Source: the human T2T-CHM13v2.0 reference genome, Homo sapiens. From it: 64,000 bases of DNA. The notes beneath the pieces were generated by a model, which saw only the letters and a list, made by a program, of their open reading frames with translations, ran no database searches and was not told where the DNA came from. The DNA lies in NCBI RefSeq assembly GCF_009914755.1, contig NC_060932.1; one strand, given 5' to 3'. A program made the position numbers and the translations under genes. Positions 54,411 to 64,000 of this stretch are shown here, one piece after another (the first letter of the stretch is position 1; the number at the start of each line of letters is the position of its first letter).

Positions 54411-55254
54411 TCTTCTGCTTTTATCTCATTACTTTTCCCAAGTAATCTTATCAGCAACTGGGGTTTCATTTAGCAAATATAAGTTGATAACTCCCAATAA
54501 TAATAAGGGTTCCTGTTTATGAGGTATTTACCACGTGCTAGGCCCTGTGTTTCACAAGCATTAGCCCAGTTAGCAGTCCTAACAATCCTCCCTGCAAGGC
54601 AGAAACAGCCCATGGCTCCTCCAAACAGCCCCTTGGATGCCCATGTCATGGGCACCTTAGACTCTGCACTTTCACAACTTAACTTACCTTCCCCACAAAT
54701 CTGCCTCTGCTTCTCTGTACACTTGTACAAAAAATCACCAGCCATGACCTGGACCTGGACCTGTCCGTCTTATTGACTCTCCACTTCCAGTGAAGTTCCA
54801 AGTTCCGGTCTTTGTACTTCCTAAATATCCCTCCCTCCCACCCATACTTCCACCATCCTAGACAAAGCTTCCATTACTTCTGGCCCGGAATCCTATAATA
54901 GCTGCCCAACTCATCTCCCTGCATCCAGTCTTACTTCTCTTTAATTTCATTTATTCTAAGGTCATTGCTCTCTGTCTTTGAGCATCTGGAAAATGGGGAT
55001 AATGGGGTCTCCCTCATCCTCATAGGTCTGCTTGAGTCAAGTAGAACATATGGCTTTCTAAGTGGCAGGTACTTGATAATAAACTGCACAGACGACATGT
55101 GAATTGAGAAAATTTCATGCTAGAGACTGCATGTGTAACCACCACCATAAATGCCCAGGTTAGCCCACCACTGTTACAAAAGCCATTACGAAAAAGGGAT
55201 AAGAGAAAGAATATATAGGTAAAAGGTTTTTAGAATGGAAATACAAGTATACTT

Positions 55255-55707
55255 AAATTACTCTAAAACTTAGCAGCTTCAAAGTATATACATTTATTAT
55301 CTCACAGCTTCTGTGGCACAGCTTGGCTGTGTGCCTCTGGCTTGAAGTCCTTCATGACGCTGTAATCAAACTGTCAGGCAGGGCTGCAGTCTCATCTGAA
55401 GGCTTGACTGGGGTTGAGGGGATTCGAAGCTCACTCACATAGTTCTTGGCAGGCTTTTGTCCTTGTCATGTAAGCCTCTGCACAGGGCTGCTTCATGACG
55501 TGGCAACTGGCTTCCCCTACCATCTCTCACGCGGTAAGAGAGAGTTTTCACAATACGAGCCACAATCTTTTAATGACCTAGTCTCAGAGTGCTCCCATCA
55601 CTGCTGTCATTCATTAGAAGTGAGTTGCTAAATGCAGCCCATATTCAAGGAGATGAATTACATATGGGCAGAGAGCACTGGGGGCCATCCCACAGGCTGC
55701 CTACCAT
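55255..55707 (-). mobile_element. MLT1F-like LTR
   Basis: aaaacttagcagctt...atttattatctcacag...gggctgcagtctcatctgaaggcttgactgggg...ggctgcctacca. Confidence 0.8.
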
Positions 55708-56189
55708 GACCAGCCAAGCAGACATCACCCTGGGAGGGAGGTGGGAGGGGCCAAGGAAGGAATGGGCTCTGTCAGCGCCTCCCTCAGGCCTCTCCGCTCA
55801 TCATAGTCGAACTGACCTTGAGTCACCCGTCCTTCTACTTGCTCACCAGTGGACACTCTAGTTACAGCCTCCTCGTCTCTGCACTCATTCCTGGGGGCTG
55901 TTGCATACCTGACTTTTTACATAATTCTAACATAGATTAGCTTTATAGTAGCTTCTAGCTCTACTGTCAAATGCAAATCCACATCAGAAAATATAATGAT
56001 AAATAAAATACAAGTACTATCACAAAGTTCTAAAAACTAAAGCAAGTCAACTTGTTTTTAAAACAACTAAATCTCTATTGGAGGATTTTAAAAAAGGGTA
56101 CACAACTCTGAAAATAATTATTTTGTGATATCATGTATATATTTCCGAGAACTACTTTTATCATAATTCAATTTACTGTTATGAGAAAG

Positions 56190-56610
56190 TGTTACGGGTT
56201 GAATCGTGTCTCCCTCCAAATGATATGTTGGAGTCCTAAAACCTCGGAATGTGACCTTCCTTGGAGAACGGGTCTTTACAGAGGTAATTAAGTTAAACGA
56301 GGTCATGAGGGTTAGCACTAAGCCAATATGACTAGAGACTGTTTAAAAACAAGAAGCTTGGACAAAGAAACACACGCACATAAAACTAGGCTGATGTGAA
56401 TATAAACATGGAGAAGACAGCCATCTAGAAGCCAAGGAGAGAGGCCTGGAACAGATCCTTCCCTTCCCTCACAGCACTCAGAAGGAACCAGCCCTGCCGA
56501 CACCTTGATCTTGGACTTCCAGCCTCCAGAATTGTGAGAAAATAAATATCTGCTGTTTAAACTAACCAGGCTGTGACTGTTTGTTACAATAGCCCTGTAA
56601 AACTAATACA
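56190..56610 (+). mobile_element. MLT1B solo LTR
   Basis: TGTTACGGGTTGAATCGTGTC...gacaccttgatcttggacttccagcctccagaattgtgag...ctaataCA. Confidence 0.9.
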
Positions 56611-56728
56611 GAGGGAAGAAAAAAAGAGAGAGTTTCAGACAGAGACAGAAATAAAGAGAGAAGGAAAAAGACTTATTTTAACAGGCTGTGTCTTCATCTA
56701 GATGAGTGATTCAAAGGCAAACACATAA

Positions 56729-57037
<309 letters not shown>

Positions 57038-58849
57038 GGCCTACTCTTAAAACCTCATTTAGCACACGTATTAGACACAATGGCTCCACTCCTAGAGGCT
57101 GACAGAAATTTCTAAGAGATGTGCAAATAAAACACAATTCCAGTTGAAAAGCAGCAGACTGCCCTCTAAAATCAGAACCTGGCCCTAGTCATGGTGGCCT
57201 AAGCCAGGGGCTAGGAGCCCAGCAATCCCTACCTTTTGGTAGTTCTCTTTGGAGCTCAGGGCTGCCTCCATTTGCTTGGCAGAGGTCGGGTAGATGGCCG
57301 AGCGGTACTGAGTGCCATGGTCGTTCCCCTGGCGCATACCTAGGAAAGCAGAAAACAGGGAGGGTTACCCGGTCACTAGGCGACAGTGCCAGTCTCAAAC
57401 TGGGCACAATGCTGAGACATTTTGACACTTTTCATATGGTCCCTGTGCCTGATGTGTTGCTAAGTGCTTGTTTTAATTTTCTGTTTACAGCATTTTCTTT
57501 AAACAAGCATGAAATGTATCTGTTTTGATTTGCCTGTTTTAATTACAACAAGTATCTTTGAACTCAGGTAGATTTATCACAGGTCTTGGATCATACTAGA
57601 TGTTCTATGAATACATACTTTTACATGAAATACTTAAACAACGATCTACTCCAATTGTCACATGTAATGCACTATGATACATATTATTTCCTTGGGTCCT
57701 AAGGAGATACCTGTATGGAAGGTTTCATCATCCCTCCCTTGGTGGATGAGGAAATGAGACAATGTCTGTGTAAATTCCTGGCACGGTGCTTGGCACATAG
57801 CAGGAGTCCTGCACCTATGACTAAAGTCACCTACCCATCTAGCCTGCAACTTAAAGTCAGCAAAGAGCATTTTCTGCCAGTCTCAGCAGCTGAAGGGTGG
57901 ATGATAGTCAGTTTCTATCTGAGTGTGACAGTGCCCCAGAGTGAAACAGCCGCAGGGTTGCCACAGATCCCCTGTAGGCCACCATGTTGTGGTGAAAATG
58001 AACCAGGCACTGGGATTCAGGAATTGGACCCAGTAGCATGTTTCAGCTAGTCACATTCCTAATATAATCAGGGGAAACAGAGACCAGCAGGCATAAGCAA
58101 GAATTAGAGGTGTTAAGGGAAAATCTGTGCAGGTTAAAAAAAATGCAAGGTTTCAGAAAGGGAGTGGGTAAGTTCACGTGATCAGTGGGGAAGGGGCCTA
58201 TGTCTCAAAGGCTGGATCAAGGAAGTGACTTGTCTTGGCAGCAGGTGGGCGCCAAGGGTGAAGGTAGAACAAAGGTGAGGATTGCGGAGCAGTGCGGTGC
58301 CTTCAGGGACTTGGAAGGAACTGCTACTGCTTGCAAAAGCAGCTGTAACCCAGGAAGCATCTGTGTCAGAGCCCTGATGCCCGCTTCTCAAGAGGATGAG
58401 CATGGTACCCTCAAGCGTGAAGCCCAGATGAGAAAGATGCTTCACTGGGAAAGATGACTGGAAACTCAACAGACTGAAAACCTAGAAGAAAGAACCAACA
58501 TCCAGGAGCGGCTGGGAATACAAGAAGTGGCCCTGCTTGTCTACCCATTGAATCACAAAACAAACGAAATATTTGACTGTCATAAATTGATCTAAACAGG
58601 CTTTATAATGCTGTTCTCCAGAGGGCAAAATTAACCAAAATTATATTTTGAGATAGGACAGAAAAATGTTATTGATGATAGAATAACTCCTATATGTCTT
58701 TCCTCTTTCTGCAAATAAATATGTTCTCTCCAGCAGAAAGAATTCGTGTGTGTCAACTGTAGCCTCCACACTCTAGAGGCTACAGAAGAATTAGGTCATA
58801 ATCCCTTGTCTCAAGGAATAACCAGGACGAGGGAGGGAGGGGTAAGAGT

Positions 58850-59080
58850 AGTCACGAGCCTGACACTGTACTTCCCTGTGCGAGGTCTTTGCCATCATTT
58901 CTTGTTTCATCCTCACATGAGCCCTGTGGAGAAGATATTCTTAACCCTCTTTGACAAAAAGGAAATTATGGATCAGAGACATTCAGTGACCCACCTGAGG
59001 TCACATAGCAGGTAAATGGCCATCCTGCGATTTAAACTTTGATGGCCCCGACACCAAAGCCCTTTCTCCTTCCAAAATGG
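58850..59080 (-). mobile_element. MIR
   Basis: catcctcacatgagccctgtg...ctgaggtcacatagcaggtaaatggc. Confidence 0.65.
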
Positions 59081-60601
59081 ATGCATGAGAAGTTACAGCA
59101 AAATAATCGAGGACAATGGAACAAAGTGCTTCTGGATGTAGGGTACCTGCTGGGGAGGGGGCATCCCAGCCCAAGGCCCAGAAATAAGAACAAGCTTGGA
59201 ACGTTCTGAGGACTGTGAAGAGGCAGGACAAGGTCTGACGAGGGGCCTGGTGGGTCCTGAAGCTGGTGGGTTGGGCGTGTAACCACATAGGTATCTTGAC
59301 AAGTCACGGTGGGGACCAGAGATGCATGGAAAGATCAGTCTCCCATGAGCTACAGTATTTTCTGGAACCCTGAGTGAGCATAATCACCAAGCAATGACCC
59401 AGAGCCCCCTTTCCCACAGATGCAAGAAGTGTTGCAAAGTTCACTGTGCCCTCCACTTGGCTTTTGAAAAACTATGAGGAAAAATTATTGACACTATTTG
59501 GCTGTCTTGATGTACCAGGAAAGCAAGCAGTGGACTTTCAGTGTTGAGTGGAAAGAGAATTACTGGCTCAGAAACAACACCTTGTGCTTAAAATGCTTCC
59601 ATAGTACTCTATAAACTGATTAATGAGGACTGGGCTTTGGGGCATTCTTGATGAGAACTGACCTCCTGACATCTACCAACTGCTTGAGATTTCTCCATCC
59701 ACTTTCTCCAAAGAAGATTTTAAAGGGACAAACAACCCTAAGACTGCTCTGAGGTTTCTCTCCCTCTCGGCAGAGCCAGAGGAAGCAGAGGAAAACAGAA
59801 ACGCTTCATCTATAATGAAGCATAAGATGATGACTTCTCCTCTGCTCAGAGGGCCTCCTAAGCCTCAGCTCATCTTTGGGTACCAACTCTGTTTTATCCA
59901 TCCTGATTGCAGACGTGATAAATGTGTCTGAACATGAGAACTTTAAAGGGAAGTTTATGCTAAGAGTTGTTGCTAGGTGATCACTTTACGAGGTCCCAGG
60001 AGTTACCGGCTGACAGTGAACATCAGGACAAGTCAGGAACAACGCCTCAGGGTCTGAAATCGCTATCTCTATCTTAGGGAGCTTTGCGGGAGCAATCTCA
60101 TTAGCAGGACTGTCCATGTTGGTTGAAAACAGAGTGACTCCTACTAGCATGACCTCCACATTCTTCTCTTCTATAGACTGCTGCTAAGAGAAAACGGATC
60201 CTGCCTTACAGTCTGCTGCACCAAAGGCTACCTGCATGCTGCAGTGGCACAGGAAGACCACCAGGGATGCTGGCATTGCTGGGAGAGCTCACCCAGGTGC
60301 TGCTTCGGGGTGGCCTCCTACCTTCTGCTGGAAAGTAGGGTCTCTGTGAAAAAACATGCCATGGTGTCCCGAAGTCCTCCCCTAGGTGGATGAGCCTCTA
60401 TCCTTCACAGTGAAAGATGGCACTTCTTATTATCCAGGTGACACCTCCTGGTGCACCTTGCCTTTACCTTAGGTGTTTGAGACAAGCCCTATGAATATAA
60501 CCATCTCACTTTATCTGAGAACTTAATCCTGTCCATTTTAACTGACAGCTCATTTTTAATTTAAAACACTGAATAAATGAATGGACAGCCCTCCTTTCAT
60601 C

Positions 60602-60645
60602 AAAAGGGAGGAAGGGAGAGAGGGAGGGGGAGAAGAGGAGGAGGA

Positions 60646-60701
<56 letters not shown>
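60602..60701. repeat. 100-bp pure purine tract ending in (GA)~25
   Basis: no pyrimidine on the plus strand between 60602 and 60701. Confidence 0.95.
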
Positions 60702-61664
60702 TCATCAAAGTAGCTAACAATCCTATAGTTCTCACTATGTCCAGGCACTGTGCTTTACTACGTTATTCACCCAATTCTGCAAATACTTGGAGGATATTAG
60801 TAAACCCATATCCCTGCCCTCTCCCACTGCCAAGGTGAAACTGACACTCCCTCAAAGGTGAAACTGACACTCAGAGAGAGGCTGGTTGCCTGTTGAAGGC
60901 CAGTGCTGCATCTGGAACCATCTAACTCCAAAGTCCATGATCTTAACCACTATTATTCCGATTTGTAAATATATATAATTTAAGTAAAAAAAAAAAAGGT
61001 GGAATATAGGGATGTATGAAAGATATTATGTGGCTCTCTTCTAAAAGGAAGACAGCCACACAATACGGTCACTATCTATCACCTGCACAATGTTCTTTGC
61101 ATTTTTTCACGCAGTGCATCTCAAGGGAGATGAAATAGTGTTGCTTTTTAACAGAGGTGCCACATATTTATTCCATATCTAAAAGCAAAAAGAAAAATGA
61201 AAGATCCTGATTTTCAGTAAGGAGTACACATTACTTCTATAGTCATAAATTATTTTGACAAGATGTGGTGATTTCTTCATGAAAGGTCAAAAGTTATCAT
61301 AGTGTGAATTTTGTTTGTGTAAAAGGGAAATTCTATTTATGGTGGCCAAAGAAAATCTTTTTACTTATTATGCGTCCTAGAATGTCTTTTGGGACTCCAT
61401 GTCTGTTTATGTTCTAAAATCCCAAGTTTGGCCAAATAATGAAAATATTAGAAAACGTTCAAAATAGTAAAATTTTTAGGTCATCATTGCAAGTCCAAAT
61501 CTTAAAGTTTTACAGCCAAAGTGCCCCACTATATGAGATTTACAACATGCTTACATTGAAATCAGTACCAAGCACACATGTGCACACACATTTACAAAGC
61601 TAGTCCATCATGGATAGTGTTCATATTAGCAGAAGTAGCAATCGACATATTATACCTTTGTAGT

Positions 61665-63680
61665 TTCCAGATTTAATTACAGAAAAGTACATAAGACATA
61701 AATGTACAAAGGTACATAAAATAGATACGCACAGTTAAGTGTCTACTATTACTCTATTTATAATTAGTGATTATAAAGTGAATACTCACATCACCACCAC
61801 TAATGTCAAGAAAGAGAGTACAGCCAAGTACCCTTGAGAGTCTTCCATGTGTCTCTATTGATGACAATGCCTTCCCTCTCTCTGGTTGTACCACACCTGG
61901 TTTTTGCAATAATTTCTTTAGCACACGGACACATTCAGAATAAACCTAGTTTAGTTTGGCCTGTGATATGGTTTGACTGTGTCCCCTCCCAAATCTCATC
62001 TTGAGCTGTAGCTCCAATAATCCCCACGTGTCATGGGAAAAACCTGGTGGGAGGTAACTGAATCACGGGGGGCAGGTCTTTCCCATGCTGTTCTCATGAC
62101 AGTGAATAAGTCTCATGAGATCTGATGGTTTTATAAAGGTCAGTTCCCCTACACACACTCTCTTGCCTGCTGCCATGTAATAAGATGTGCCTTTGCTCCT
62201 CCTTCGCCTTTGGTCATAATTGTGAAGGCTCCCCAGCCATGTGGAACTTGGGGTCCATTACACCTCTTTTTCTTTATATATTACCCAGTCTCCGGTATGT
62301 CTTTATTAGCAGCATGGGAATAGACTAATACAGCCTATTTTTAAAATTAATATAAATGCAATTATACTACAGTTTGAATCTTTCACTTACAATTATGATC
62401 ATGAGGTCCTTCCATTTTCTTCATTTTCATGGCTTCATAATATCCCATTGTATGAATGCACCACAATGGATTTATACATTCTACCCTTAATGAACATTAC
62501 CAGCCTGGGGCTGTAAAGAACATTCTTGACATGTATTCTCTTATACATATGCATGAGTTTCTCTTGAGTACATACCTAGAAATAGAATTGTTGCTGTATA
62601 GTGTTTGCATGTCTTCAACTTAACTACATGCTGAACTATTTTTCCAGAGTAGTCGTACCAATTTACAAAACCACATGACTGCACAAGAATTCCTGGAGCT
62701 CTAAATGCTTGCCAATTCATTAAAGTCTGCTAATGTCAGATTTTCACTTTTTGTCAGTCTGCTTGGTGTGTAATGGAATCTCACTTGATCTTAATTTGCA
62801 TTTTCCTGATTAATAACGTTAATTATCATTTTATGTTTCTTTGCCACAATTCAAGTCCTTTGCCCATTTTTTCTCTCAGCAGTCTGTCTTTTCTAAAAAA
62901 AAATACTGCACATACATTTAAGTCTATTTTTTATATATTCTGAATACTAATCCTTTATCAAATATAATCTCTCTGTTCTTGGCAATTTGTTATTTTTTAT
63001 TTTTCTTTTTTTCTGTTCTTGGCATTTTCTTTATGATGCTTTTTGATGAACCAAAGTTGTCAGATTTTGATATAGTTAAATTTGTCAAATATTTTTCCTT
63101 TACGGTTAGTGCTTTTGTGTCTTGTTTAGGAAATGCTTCCGAAACCCAAGGTCATGAAAATTATCTACTTGAAATTTCGTACGTTTGCCTTTGACATTTA
63201 TGTATTCAATCTACTTGGAATTGATTTTTGTGTATGGTGTGAGGCAGAAATCCAATTAACTTTCTTCCTATAAGAAAATTATCTTATCACTATTGATTAA
63301 GAAGCCATTATTTCCCCAGTACTATGAAATGCCAACTGTGTCATTTGTCATACTTTGACATGAGTGGGTCTGTTTCTGAACTCTCTATTCATTTGTCCCT
63401 ACATCAGATACACAATGTCTTAATAGCTGTAGCTTTATAATGACTCGATATCTGGAAGAATAAGTCCTCTCATCCTCTTGTTCTTATGCAAGTATCTTTG
63501 CTTTTCTTGGACTTTTGCATTTCCCTATAAATGTCGAGATTAGCTTTTAAGATCCACAAAAACAACAACACTGACGACAACAACAACAAAACTGTTGGGA
63601 TCTCATTTGGATTTGCACTGAATTCATAAAACAATTTGGAGAGAATTGGTGTGTTTACCAACCATAAACAAGACCCAATA
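61665..63680 (-). mobile_element. old L1M (ORF2 end plus 3'UTR), interrupted by THE1B
   Basis: cattgtatgaatgcaccacaat; ttaatttgcattttcctgatta; gaattgatttttgtgtatggtgtgagg; gcactgaattcataaaacaatttggagagaattg. Confidence 0.85.
61964..62332 (+). mobile_element. THE1B solo LTR
   Basis: TGATATGGTTTG...gtgaataagtctcatgagatctgatggttttataaag...agactaataCA; TSD GCCTG/GCCTA. Confidence 0.92.
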
Positions 63681-63684
63681 TTAG

Positions 63685-64000
63685 ATCTTCCAGCTGCCTA
63701 ACTACTAAGCCAATGCCATGTTTTTTTTTGTTTGTTTGTTTTTTGTTTTTTTTTTTTTAGATTTTTTGGTAGCACTCCACTTCAAGGTACCAGTTCCTGG
63801 TAAATAAGTAAACCCTGAAATTCCAGTGGGTGGACATAATAGAAGTTTCTTTCATAATCATGCAAAGCAGTTAATAAAAAGGAGATGGTAACAGTTCTAC
63901 TTCATGAACTCTTCAGGGGCCTAGGCTGACAGAAGCTTCACCACCTTCAATATGTTGCTTCAAAGGTTTCCCTTGGCATTAGCATTCAGCAGGCAGACTG
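63685..64000 (-). mobile_element. MLT1 (J/K/L-like) LTR plus start of MLT-int, running off the window
   Basis: reverse strand reads gaactggtaccttgaagtggagtgct, the MaLR internal 5' start; LTR-like aggctgacagaagcttcaccacc. Confidence 0.6.

Overview
This is primate genomic DNA, almost certainly human, since it carries a consensus-perfect AluYa5. It is intronic or intergenic in character, and I found no intact known protein-coding exon. Nearly all ORF-track entries are spurious (Alu-, LTR- or microsatellite-derived). Identifiable content: (1) a processed TMEM126A pseudogene at about 39.42-40.50 kb (+), split by an AluY, whose 5' half is still an open 84-codon ORF; (2) an orphan CpG-island-like promoter/enhancer at about 41.5-42.8 kb with CCAAT, GC-box, RFX, YY1 and E-box motifs, plus a second copy of its CCAAT module 0.9 kb downstream; (3) several minus-strand exon-like segments with good splice signals, suggesting a spliced lncRNA running leftward from the island; (4) a dense record of interspersed repeats (14 Alu/FRAM, MaLR LTRs, L1M, L2, MIR, hAT and Tigger MITEs), including a nested L1M/MER1B/AluYa5 complex. 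Repeat subfamily names and the TMEM126A comparison rely on recalled consensus sequences, and boundaries of old repeats are approximate. I could not identify the host locus, and I found no convincing evidence of a novel biological system; the findings are hypotheses.
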